From Octopus vulgaris (lineage: Eukaryota): a DNA stretch of 64,000 bases. The translations under genes and the position numbers were made by a program. Numbering within the stretch: the first letter of the stretch is position 1; the number at the start of each line of letters is the position of its first letter. The notes below the pieces were generated by a model that saw nothing but the letters and a program-made list of their open reading frames with translations, was not told the DNA's origin and ran no database searches. Where the stretch lies: contig OX597822.1 of NCBI GenBank assembly GCA_951406725.2, positions 682,001 through 746,000 of the forward strand. Direction: 5' to 3'. This document shows positions 12,831 through 25,605 of the stretch, one piece after another.

Positions 12831-13797
12831 CAACAATAACAGCAACAAGAATAAGAACAATGATGAAAATTCGTGATGATGCTGGTGAAAATGATAATTA
12901 TTATAATACCATGGAAACTGTTCAAAATAAACAGCAATAACAACAACGACAGCAGTATCAGCAGCTCTAGCACCATCACCAACAGCAGCACCATCACCAG
13001 CACCAGCACCAGCAGCAGCAGAGCCAACAGTAACATCAGCCCTAACATCAACAATTTACATTGTAAACGGTTGGATTTCAACTGAGCTTCGAATGAAAGA
13101 ATAGGAAAATTGCTATAATCTGTTTCGTGTAAGAATTAATTTTATGTTTACAGAGAAAAAGAAATTAAACTGTACAAAAACAAACAAAATAAATGTTCAA
13201 AATATAGAAAGAAACGAACAAAAGACGAAAATGAAAATGGCCGACACTATCCATTCTTAAATTGTAATTGATTGAAAAAAAAGAAAAAAGAAAAGAAATA
13301 GAATAACAACAAATAAGGTTGTCATGGAAGTAACTTCGCCTTAGCCTCAAGTATCATCCATTCCAATGAGTTCAATGCCCCCAATTTTGGGCGTGTTTTG
13401 TCAATAAACAAGCAGACGACAGTTTCACTTCTCTTTTTGCAGCCCGTCAACTGACACTCAAGGGAGTGAAGCCGAGAGATAATTCCATTAATTCCTAACA
13501 CAAAGAGTTGGCAATGAGGAACGGCTAGCGACCTTAAATCGAATGTAAAAACTGACATCGGCCATTATACATAATGGAAAAACAACACACCGTAATAAAT
13601 GTCTTATCCCGATCTCGCTGGCTATATAAACATTTCTTTATAGCGGGAAGAGATCCAAAGTCCCACTCGGGGGACTAAATGCTCTCTTCTTCATTCGAAC
13701 CCTTCCTCCCTACTTTCCTCTCAGCTTTCTCTCCCAACCGAGGTTTTCTCTACCCTCCTTCTTCATTACTTCTGCCTGTCCGTTTTTTAAAAATTTG

Positions 13798-13892
13798 TCT
13801 TCTTCTTCTTCTTCTTCTTCTTCTTCTTCTTCTTCTTCTTCTTCTTCTTCTTCTTCTTCTTCTTCTTCTTCTTCTTCTTCTTCTTCTTCTTC
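13798..13892. repeat. (TCT)n microsatellite
   Basis: Direct reading; larger (CTT)n/(TAT)n compound tract at ~34840-35230. Confidence 0.95.
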
Positions 13893-14615
13893 TAATACTA
13901 CTACTACTCTCTGTCTACGCTCCTCCACAATCATCATCATCACCACCTCTTTTTCTTCCTCCTTTTTCTCTTCCTCCTCCTCATCTCCCTATTCATCAAC
14001 CATTATCATCAACACCACCACTATCACCACTGTCATCATCATCATCATCGCCATCACCATCACCCTAGTCCCATCATCATCATCATTGGTCTCCTCCTCC
14101 ACCTCCTCCTGTTAATCATTTATACCTCTTCTCGACCTGCTCCCATTTCTACGATTACCGTTCTTATCATTGCAATTGCCACTGTCGCCACCGTCGCCGC
14201 CACCACCACCACCACCACTACCACCACCACTACCACCACCACTCCCACCACCAGTATCGTTAGTTCTACCTGCACTACGTGAACATAGTTCGATCAATCT
14301 GATCGAATGATGTGTAACAAATTAGCGGTAAACATGAAAGTATGCTTTGTGAAGACAAATAGTTCTACTGAAAGTTCTAGAAGCTTGGCTGAGTGTTATA
14401 AAAACCGTGATATTCAACTCCCTAACAGAACAACTACAGGCGTTTCACAAACCACTACTGGTCCGTTTTGTGTTCATGATCTTTGAACTTGTTCTACTCA
14501 TCATTTTGATGAACCCCATCTCACAAACTGAAAACTGTCCTAGTAATACTCCTCCCTCATTATACGCCCCCTGGCAAATAGAGGTTGTAGTCGTCGTCAT
14601 TGTCATTATCATCAA

Positions 14616-14691
<76 letters not shown>

Positions 14692-14695
14692 GTTG

Positions 14696-14729
<34 letters not shown>

Positions 14730-14898
14730 TTTTTTTTTTCTTCTTTCAAATTTGCTTCCATTTCTTGCCGAGTGTCTTCCCGACTCCTAGGGTAAAGAAA
14801 CTCATAGTATACATTGGTAGGCCATTAAACCAAACTCAATAGTTCGTTCATTTTTTTTTTTTTTAAGTTAAATTAAAATACATGAGCAGCAACAGTTC

Positions 14899-15459
14899 TC
14901 ACATCGACAATGCTCTTCTCAATACGTGTGATGTACCAGTTAAGACAATCTTTTGCACTTCTTGCAGGGATGGTAAGCCAGGGATCATTCTCATATAATT
15001 TTCGGTTCCCTTCTTGATCATTCCTAGTGCTCCTACGATCACTGGTATTGTAACCGCCTTGAGATGCCACATTTTCTCAATTTCAATGAGTAGGTCTTTA
15101 TATTTTCTGAGCTTGTCAAACTCTTTCGCTGAGATATTATGATCACAGGGGATGCTCATGTCGATCAATAAGCAAACTTTATTGTTTTGGTCTTTCACAA
15201 CAATATCTGGTTTATTGGCCTTGATGGTTCGGTCTGTATGTACTGGAAAGTCCCACAGAATGGTTACATTTTCTCCTTCAGTTACAGCCTCAGGGTGGTG
15301 ATTATACCACTTGTCGGCAGTTTTGATATTGTAATGCCGACTTATTAGCCAGTGTAGATATTGGCCAACTCTGTCATGTCTTAATTTATACTCCACTGGA
15401 GCTAAGACTTTACATCCAGAGATTAGGTGGTCCACTGTTTCAATCATGTCGTTGCAGAA
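14899..15459 (-). pseudogene. Dong/R4 C-terminus: CCHC zinc knuckle + restriction-like endonuclease
   Basis: C*FC...ETVDHLISGC, RHD, ILWD, KPDIVV, IDMSIP...K..KY; in frame with the RT ORF, separated only by TGA (probably CGA>TGA) at 15460-15462. Confidence 0.92.
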
Positions 15460-17640
15460 TCAGCATTTTGGGTCTGCTCCATTTTTCATCACATTGGCCT
15501 GGCAGTTCCGGGTTAATAGGCTTTGATCTTGAGCAGCCAGGATGAAACCTTTGCTCTCTGCTTTTAGCCCTGAGCTCCGTAGCCACTGATGGGTTTGCTT
15601 CTGGTCAACATCAGCTTGTTTGCTGCGGGTCACATATTTGCCGTGCAGAGGTTTCTCCTCCCACCTATCAGCCAATTGCTCGTGCGCTTTTTTCGTTGCC
15701 ATTATTTTCACCTTCTTTGCAACAATAATTGCCGTACTTCCCTCGGGTTGTTCTGTTTGGGTATCCTGCACGAGATCAATAGCAAATTTTTTGCTTTCCT
15801 TTATAATAGAATGAAGCTTCTTTCGTCTCTCGTGATTTTCCACGAGCTTTAGCATCCAGTCATTCGATATTTCGAGATATTTGGCCAGTCCAATTGTGGT
15901 TGTTTTGTAAGCTAGTTCAAATTGGATCAGGCCTCGACCTCCTTGGGCTCTGGGAAGGTAAAGGCGATCTACGTCTGCCTTTGGGTGGTGCATCCTATTA
16001 CAACTCAGCAGCTTGCGTATTTTCCTATCTATATTCTTTACTTCACTCATATTCCAGTTCAACACATTGTAGCTATAAGTAACAACTGGAACTGCTAAGG
16101 AATTTATAGCTAACACCTTGTTACGTGCATTTAGTTCAGATTTCAGGACTGCACGAAATCTCCTATAACATTCCTTCCTGATCTTCTCTTTCATGCTTGC
16201 ATGCTGAATACCAGAGCCTTCATTTATCCCTAAATATTTGTATGTTTGTTCTTGCTCAAGCTCTCTTATGACTGTGTCAACATCTAACACGACTGAATTT
16301 GTGGTCTTCACTTTCCCTTTCTGGAAAGTGGCCTTGGCACACTTCTCAAGTCCAAACTCCATCCCGATGTCATCGCTGAATGCTTTCACAGTGCACAGTA
16401 GTCCTTCAAGTTCATTATTGTCTTTACCATAAAGTTTTAAGTCATCCATATAAAATAGATGGCTTATTTTTTTATTGGCAATTTTATACCCATACCCTGT
16501 TCTGTTTAATTCACTTGTAAGGGGTATTAGGGCTATGCAGAATATTAAAGGTGAAAGTGAGTCACCTTGAAAAATTCCACAGTTGATGTTTATATTTTCT
16601 GAGGCAAGTACTCCATTAGAGTGGTATAATTGGAGATTCGTATTCCACAACGACATATTGTGCTTCAGGAAGTTTGAAATCACAGGGGAAATTTTGAAGA
16701 TGTCCGGCGATCTCAAGATCCATGGATGCGGTATACTGTCGAAGGCCTTTTTATAGTCAATCCATGCGGTGCTGAGATTTCTGCGCTTGTTGTGACAGTT
16801 CTGAAGGATCATACGATTGATTAGCAGTTGATCTTTGCATCCGTAAGAGCCTCGGCGGCACCCTTTTTGTTCAATGGGGAAAATATCGTTCTTCTCCATG
16901 AATGCATATGTTTTCTCCGCCAGGATAGATGTTAGGATTTTATACGTGGTGGATAGACAGGTTATAGGCCGATAGTTTTTTGGAAGGTTGGTTTCGTTAT
17001 TTTTTGGGAGTAGGTAAGTAATGCCACTTGCTAACCATTCAGGTGTTTTCTTTGGGTCTCTCATAATTCCATTGAGCAGCTGAACTAGCTTACCGTGTGC
17101 GCATGGGAGCGATGCGAGCCAGAAATTCGGCACCCTATCTTTACCGGGGGATTTCCAATTATGGGCCTTCGTGAGTGCCTTTCTTAGGTCTGTTATTGTG
17201 ATGTCTTCCCATGCTTGTTGTTGTAAATTTTGGTAGGATCCTTCAGTTTGTATAATCCAGTCTGCATTTATGTTGTACGTCTTCTTGTCACTCCAAATAC
17301 TTTTCCAAAAGTTTTGAACTTCTTCCATGGGAGGGGGGTCTTTAACGGTTACTTTCTCCTTCCCTATTTCTCTGTAGAATTTTTTGGCATTGGATGTGAA
17401 CAGCTTATTTTGCTTGTAAAACTTGTTTCTCTTCTCAAATCTTCGTATTCTTTGGGCTTTTGCTTGGACTTTTTGTTTCAGCGTTTCTTTTATTGATATC
17501 AGTTCTTCTCTTGGTGAGGATCCAAATTTTATCTTCATCTTTCTTCCTGTTCTGGATCTTACATCATTTCCACATATTAGTTCATTTAATATTGATATTT
17601 CCCCTCTCATAAATTCAATCTCTTTTTCAATTTTACTTCT
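15460..17640 (-). pseudogene. Dong/R4 reverse transcriptase domain
   Basis: KSPGKD, NYRPITCL, EQKG, WIDYKKAFDS, GIFQGDSLSP, YMDD, YKYLG, RLYLPRAQGGRGL motifs in the 716-aa ORF. Confidence 0.95.
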
Positions 17641-18434
17641 CTCCAGGTTTGATTTCTTCCCAGGTTTTGTTTTCTTTGTTTTTTCGGGGGCATACAGCTG
17701 GTTTCAATTGCCCTAGCAGAAGCGTAAATAATTTCATTTAACTCAGTAAAATCAGGTTTTAATTCTCGTATTATTTCATTTGTTACATAGTTGCCAATTT
17801 GGATTTGTTTTTTATTTTGGTTTGTATTTGAGAGTTTATGAAGTGGTTCTCTATCATTCATACTTGTATGTCTTACAACTTCAAGTGTATTCAGGATTTT
17901 CTGCCTCATTTCTGCCATAGACTCTCTGTGTTCTTTAGCAGATGCGAGATCTTCAGTTACTGTTGTTTTTTCGTTTTCCTGGCTATCTTTAACAGGTACA
18001 ATAGAATTTCTTGTATCTTCAGGCCTTTGCGTACTTTGGTCAGATGGCAGTCTTTCAATTAAGCCTCGTGGCGGGCTATACTGTTCATCTGATTCTTCAT
18101 TTCCTTTGTGTCTTATATTTATGTCATTTTCCGTTGCGTGCTTGATCGCGCTTATTTCACTGTCTGTGAGTCTGTTATTTCTAATGGTATCCCTCCTCAC
18201 ATTTGCTAATTTGTTCTCGTCCAAATAGGGCCTACTGTCTTGATTCCGTGTTCTCCATATACTGTAAGAGTTTGCGGTGTGTCTCTCTTGAGATGGCCTA
18301 CCTAATGCATAGTAATAAGCGTATATTACTTCTTTATACTCTTCTCGGGTCCATTTGTTCCGCTTACATTTTTCTTTCTGTGGTGGTTGTGGTGGTGAAC
18401 TTGGAGGGCTCGAGTTGGGGGATTTCCCGTTCAA
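17640..18434 (-). pseudogene. Dong/R4 ORF N-terminal region
   Basis: KWTREEYKEVIYAYY...LANVRR.I...L motif typical of the R4/Dong N-terminus; joins RT frame via a frameshift near 17640 (W-R|S-K-I-E-K-E-I). Confidence 0.8.
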
Positions 18435-19090
18435 GTGACCATAATGTCCGTATTCGGAGAAGAGTTTGTGCCAGTTGATGACTTTTCGGTCCCAGGCTGG
18501 CTCTTCCCTGGGGGACGCGCTTCCAGATTAACCATAGGACAAGCGATTTGGTTTACTGATTTAATTTTCCTTTTAGTTTCCAAAAACATTTTGGTGCTAC
18601 GATAATGTTATCATTTTTTAGCTTTGGTTGGCTCGTGGGGAGACGGCCATCATTGCTGTTACAATTATAATCGTACCATTATAGCAGCCGTAGTCGGCTT
18701 ATTATTGTTATTATCATCACCATTATTATCACTATCATCATTATCACCACCATTACCATCATCATTATCATCATCACCATCACCATCACCACCATCATCA
18801 TCAATGATATTGTTTTATGTGTAGTCACAGCAGTATCTTATTATTGTTATTTTTGTTTTTTTATCCTTATCACCATCACAATAGAGGTGAGGTTTGTGTT
18901 GGTTGAACTCTTTGAGTTTGTGTGTGTGTGTGTGTAGATAGATAGATAGATTATCAGCACTATTACTATTATTATTATCATCATCACCATCATCACCATC
19001 ACCACCAGTGATTTAAAAAAATTTTTTTTTTTTAGGTGGGGTCAAAAAAAGTTCAGATGTTTACTACTATTAGCCTTAAGAAAAATTAAG

Positions 19091-19982
19091 GAAGGGCTGT
19101 TCTGTATTGTTTGTGAATAGAGAAGTTGTGTTCGACCAGAGAGAATCTTAGCATCATCATTTTTTTTTCCATGTGCGTTTGTGTTATTGCAATAAAAAGT
19201 GTTTGTATATTTCGTGTAAGGTAATATTGTGGAGGTTGAAGTTGACTTTTCTAGAGATGTTTGTATGTCCAGTTAGAAGAACAGGTGTGTTTTTGCAATA
19301 AAAAGTATATGTTTACATTTATATTTGAATATTCTGGGAGGAAGCAAAGAAAAGTCAGATTTTCATAGAAAGTTTTAGGGTTTTGTAAGTCCACAAAAAG
19401 AAAAGTGTGATGTTTTTAGAGAGAAGAAAAAAAAGGATGTTTACAGAGGCAATTGTGGGTATCAAAGTTTTTAAAGCTGGTCGAATGTATGATTGAAAAC
19501 TGTAGATATGTAAATCCGTAAATTTTCTTAACTTATTTTGAAGGGCTGTTCTGTATTATTTGTGAATAGAGAAGCTGTGTTCGACCAGAGAGAATATAAG
19601 CATCATTATTTTTTCCATGTGCGTTTGTGTTATTGCAATAAAAAGTGTTTGTATATTTCGTGCAAGGTAATATTGTGGAGGTTGAAGTTGACCCCTCTAG
19701 ACATGTTTGTATGTCCAGTTAGAAGAACAGGTGTGTTTTTGCAATAAAACGTATATGTTTACATTTATATTTGAATATTCTGGGAGGAAGCAAAGAAAAG
19801 TCAGATTTTCATAGAAAGTTTTAGGGTTTTGCAAGTCCACAAAAAGAAAAGCGTGATGTTTTTAGAGAGAAGAAAAAAAAAAAAAGGTGCTTACAGAGGC
19901 AGTTGTGGGTATTAAAGTTTTTAAAGCCGATCGGATGTATGTTTGAAAGCTGCAGATACGTAAATTTGTAACTTTCTTAACC
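19091..19982. repeat. Tandem duplication of a ~449-bp unit in the putative Dong 5' UTR
   Basis: GAAGGGCTGTTCTGTATT starts at 19091 and at 19540; copies align throughout with scattered substitutions. Confidence 0.9.
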
Positions 19983-20194
19983 CACTTTGAAGAGAATTTC
20001 AAATACGCACGAGGTATTGTAGATGTTCCAGTCTTTGAGAGTTATTTTTCCCCGTTGCTAAACTGGCCCATATTAGTGTTTCTATGGCTTTCGGCCACCG
20101 AACTGTCAGAGCAGTGAGGAACACGTCCAGCCGCTGTCAAGGCTGGTGCTCAACTCTTATTATTATTATTATAATTATTATTATTATTATTATA

Positions 20195-20836
<642 letters not shown>

Positions 20837-20902
20837 TTATTATCATCATTATCATCATTGTTGTTGTTGTTGTTGTTGCTGTTGTTATTGTTGTTGCTGT
20901 TT

Positions 20903-21275
20903 ATTTTAAATCTGCATGTTTGTTGCAACAACATGCCGAGACATACCCAGCGCCCTAGGGCAAGTAAATGGTAAGAGATATGATTGATAACTTGGGGAGG
21001 GGATGTGGCAGGGGCAATACCGAAATATCTCCATAAATGAAGCTCAGACATTTAAAATGTTAGGATTTTTCTAAGGATGTAGGCAGTACTTTTCGGCACA
21101 ATCCTTTGGATTTCTCTGAGGCATGGTTCTTCTGGGATGTTGTCTAGATGGTTCTGACATACCCAGGACACCGATAATTAGAGAAACGGTTCTTGCTTTA
21201 AAACGCCACATCTTTGGTATTTCAATTTCCAGGTACTTATATGTACTTAATTTGTCAATTTCTTTTACAGATACA
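20903..21275 (-). mobile_element. 5'-truncated, diverged Dong/R4 3' fragment
   Basis: VSVKEIDKLSTYKYLEIEIPKMWRFKARTVSLIIGVLGM parallels ISAKEFDKLRKYKDLLIEIEKMWHLKAVTIPVIVGALGM of the long element; 3' UTR shares CCCTAGG..GGG..CTCGGCA. Confidence 0.85.
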
Positions 21276-21289
21276 TTATTATTACTATT

Positions 21290-21745
21290 ATTGAGTGAAA
21301 GAGCAGTGCATGATATCAACGTGACACTGTGGTACAAATATACGAAACCCAATATACCCATCATGACTACCCGTCTGATAAGGGTACACAAAGCACATGC
21401 ATCACAACCATATGTACGCGACATAGTGATCTCATATCAAGATAAAACCGTGCATGACCTTGCAGGAGGTGCCCGGTTAGAATTTTCTTCAGGTCGAGTA
21501 GCCCATCCCACTCATAAAGTTCCTGAATAAGGGTTGCTTAAGGATGAACGAAACACCCATGTTTCCAGAGTTGAATTATTCAAGTCCCAAAGAATTCTCG
21601 TCAATACATGGCTATGATGCTCCCCCATTACTTTTGCTCGTGATTAGAGATGCGAATATTGTCAGCCACCGGGGGACATGCTCAACTGGTTAAGGTCAAA
21701 CAACTGACAAGCAGATCTGTGGTATTGAGCAGAATATTTGCTGTA
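21290..21745. mobile_element. Unclassified interspersed repeat in TAA tracts, copy 2 (shorter)
   Basis: Homologous to 20310-20736; followed by (TAT)n 21746-21873. Confidence 0.75.
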
Positions 21746-21762
21746 TATTATTATTATTATTA

Positions 21763-22066
<304 letters not shown>

Positions 22067-22690
22067 TCTCAACTGGTTTCTTTTTTAAAATGGCAAGAAA
22101 GTGAAAATAGTGAATGCCACGGCTGGAAAACCTTAGATTATAAGTTAGTGTTTATCTGAGATTAAAGAAACTGAAATATCGCTGTGAGCGTTTGATGATA
22201 AAAAACAGCAACAATTTGAAGTAAATTCACCAACAAAAAATACACCAGCAACAGCAATAACAAAAACAAACTGTAAATGTCTCTGAACACAGAGAAAGCT
22301 GTAACCTTGAAGAGTGAAAAGAGAACGTAGTAAATAATACAATTTGAATAATGGTCGATTATAGTATAGTTCTGGTTGGCTAATTATGAATGTGTCGTAG
22401 TAAACAGCTTGTTTACTATTATAGAATGTCAACACACTATTGTGTGTTTATTTGCCTGTCTGTCTGTCTGTCTGTCTGCCTGTCTGTCTGTATGTATGTA
22501 TGTATGTCATTGTTCGGTTTTATTTGAAGATTTCTTGCAAATAGAGAAAAGGCTGATTTCTAATCTAGACCCAAGTCTCCTTCATTGGAATTTCAACATC
22601 AACAGGGTATCTTGTATGTATGTATGTATGTTTGTATGTATGCATGTATGTATATAAAAATATGCATATGTATAGATACAAACATATGTA

Positions 22691-23346
22691 CGAAGCTCGG
22701 CTGAAATGTTCATAGGCTGACCAAGATTCTCTCATGGAATGTAAACAAATGAGGTTTATTTTTCAACATAATCCCCTCTGCGGTCCACAAACATTTCGCA
22801 TCGTTGTTTCAAAGCTTGGATCCCATTGGCCAAAATGTCATCAGCAGCAGGTATGACGTCATAATCACTGTGACACTGGTTCTCAAACACGTGTTTCTTA
22901 ATTTTGCAGAACATGTGATATTCAGATGGGACCAAAATTAGGAGAATAGGCAGAGCAATCAACCAGTTCAAAGCCAAAGCGACGCTCAGCAGCCATTGAA
23001 AGCAAGGACCTGTTGCTGGAGCATTGTCTTCATGAAACAAGACCCTTTTCGTCAGTTTTCTTGGCCGTTTAGCCTTGATAGCCTTTAGTAACAGCCTCAG
23101 CAAGATGGAATAGCACGCTCCATTGATGGTGTGACTCTTTTGAAGATTGTCAAAAGATGAAGCCGCCACCTTCCCCGCAGTTGAATCGATATTGGCTTTC
23201 TTTGGAGCAGGTGAGGAGAGGTATTTCCACTGCATGGATTATCTCTTTGTCTCTGACGCAAAGTGATGAACCTAAAATTTACCCTGGGTTAGGAAACTTT
23301 CAAGCAAACCATAATCAGCCTATGAAGTTTTCAACCTACCCTCCCG
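22691..23346 (-). mobile_element. Internally deleted mariner transposon with both TIRs, TA target
   Basis: Decayed transposase C-terminus (PKKA, TAGKV, TING, LFHEDNAPA, PSEYHMF, GDYVEK) in ORF 22756..23235; TIRs TA|CGAAGCTCGGCTGAAATGTTCATAGGCTGA and TCAGCCTATGAAGTTTTCAACCTACCCTCCCG|TA. Confidence 0.88.
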
Positions 23347-23432
<86 letters not shown>

Positions 23433-23510
23433 GTTGAGTTGTGGGGTATCGCACGAGTGGGATTATATAAGAAAAAAGGTTTGAAAATGCAATTTAAACG
23501 ATGTTTATTT

Positions 23511-23551
23511 ACTTAACCGGTTTCACTCTTTGGTAAAAGATTGTCAAAAGT
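23511..23551 (-). ncRNA. Variant minimal hammerhead (U3-A8) in Penelope pLTR, sense to the ORF
   Basis: Minus strand: ACTT TTGACAA TCTTTTACCAAAGAGT GAAA CCGG TT AAGT. Confidence 0.65.
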
Positions 23552-23565
23552 TACATTTAAGGAAA

Positions 23566-23793
23566 CATTGAATAATATGGGTTCAAAAAAGTTTTTTACA
23601 TAATTGTCACATTGAATATTATGCATTCAAAAAGTTCTTTACATAATTGTCACATTGGATATTATGGGTTCAAAAAAAGTTTTTTACATAATTGTCACAT
23701 TGAATATTATGCATTCAAAAAAAGTTTTTTACATAATTGTCACATTGGATATTATGAATTCAAAAATGTTTTTTTATACATAATTGTCACATT
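23566..23793. repeat. ~42-bp minisatellite (about 5 copies) inside the pLTR
   Basis: TTACATAATTGTCACATTG(A/G)ATATTATG..TTCAAAAA repeated; mirrored at ~28102-28327. Confidence 0.9.
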
Positions 23794-25189
23794 ATTTGGG
23801 AAAATTTGGCAGAAAAGGATAAAACAAATATATTATTGGGAATTGGTTGCGTTAATTATTGGTTGTCGCAAATTGTCACATTACATGTATATATATACAA
23901 TCTTTGGTATATATATACAGCGTTTTGACAGCAAAAATTAAAATGGATTTTTTGTCCATCTCAGAATATTTTAAGTATGTTTTTACTGACCTGTCAGTAT
24001 TAGCAGAAAGGCTGAACTGAGAGAACAGAAGTAGCCAATGTGGTGTATACTTCCCCTTTATGCATGAATGATTTTGGGGTTATCAGGAGGTTAGTATGCG
24101 GGTGTGAATAGAGTGTGTCCGTGCCTGCTGGTCAGACAGCGTCTGTTTGTCACACACATATATATACACACAAACACATACACACACAACAACACACACA
24201 CACACACACATAGTATACAAACACAAACCACATACAAACAACACACACACACACACAGAACACACACACCCACACACAACGCACCCACATATATCACATA
24301 TACACACAGCACACAAATATAACATGTATCTATATATAACATACACAGATATATAACACACATACACACACACACACACAACACACGCACACATACATAC
24401 ATAATATAAATATCACACAAATACACCTAGCATATATATATACACACATACAATACACACATACAGCATGTAAGTAATATACATACACAATATATGCATG
24501 CAATATACATACGCAATACATACATATAATATATATATATATAGACAATGCATATACATATATACACATATACATATAAATAGTGTTTACATACACATAC
24601 ATAGATGTACCACATATACACACAACACACATACATACAATGCATACACATACACGTACGCATACATATAATATATATATACACACACACACACATAACA
24701 TACATACACACACAATGCATACAAATATATACACGCAATGCATATACATGTATTCATGCACATATAGCACACCTACAATATACATATATACAGTGCACAC
24801 ATACACACAAATATATACACTTAATTGTACACGTACATATACAATACACATACATACAATATACATATATACAATGCGCATGCAAATAATGTACATGTTT
24901 ATACACACATAAACATGCAAATAAACATACACACACACACATACACACACACACATATATATACACATATATATATATATATATACACACATACATACAT
25001 ACATACATGCACATACATATATTTTTTCACACACATACACACACACATATATATATAAAAAATTCACCCCCCCCCACACACACAAATTACAAACCTATAG
25101 CGTACACACTCAAATATATCTCTACATGCCGCACATACACACAAACAAAGTACTAACATATACACACATACCATGCATATACACACACA

Positions 25190-25237
<48 letters not shown>

Positions 25238-25605
25238 AGATACATATGTAAATACATACACACGTATACAATGCTCACACACACACACACACACACATAC
25301 ACACACACCCGCACACAGTGTACACACACACACACATATATACACACGTGCACACACACAAACACATACAACGCGCGCACACACACATATACACACACAC
25401 GCACACAGTGCACACACACACACACACACACATACATCACCTACATATATATAATGCATGCGTGTGCATGCCACGTATGTGTGCGGTCAATGCCCGCTAG
25501 TGTGTCCTATGCGTGCCGATGCGCGCATGTGCCCGCCCGCACGATATGCTGTGAGCGTGCGCGCGTCCCTGTGTGCTTGCTCTGGATGTGCTTCCAGGGG
25601 GTATG

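Larger units (their letters stand above)
14729..20156 (-). mobile_element. R4/Dong-clade non-LTR retrotransposon (RT + RLE), near full length
   Basis: Single broken ORF with RT, CCHC and PD-(D/E)xK RLE; 3' UTR ends in an A-rich tail running into (TAA)n (14617-14728); (TAA)n again at 20157-20309. Dong elements are known to target (TAA)n. The 5' boundary is inferred (coding part is secure to ~18434). Confidence 0.85.
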
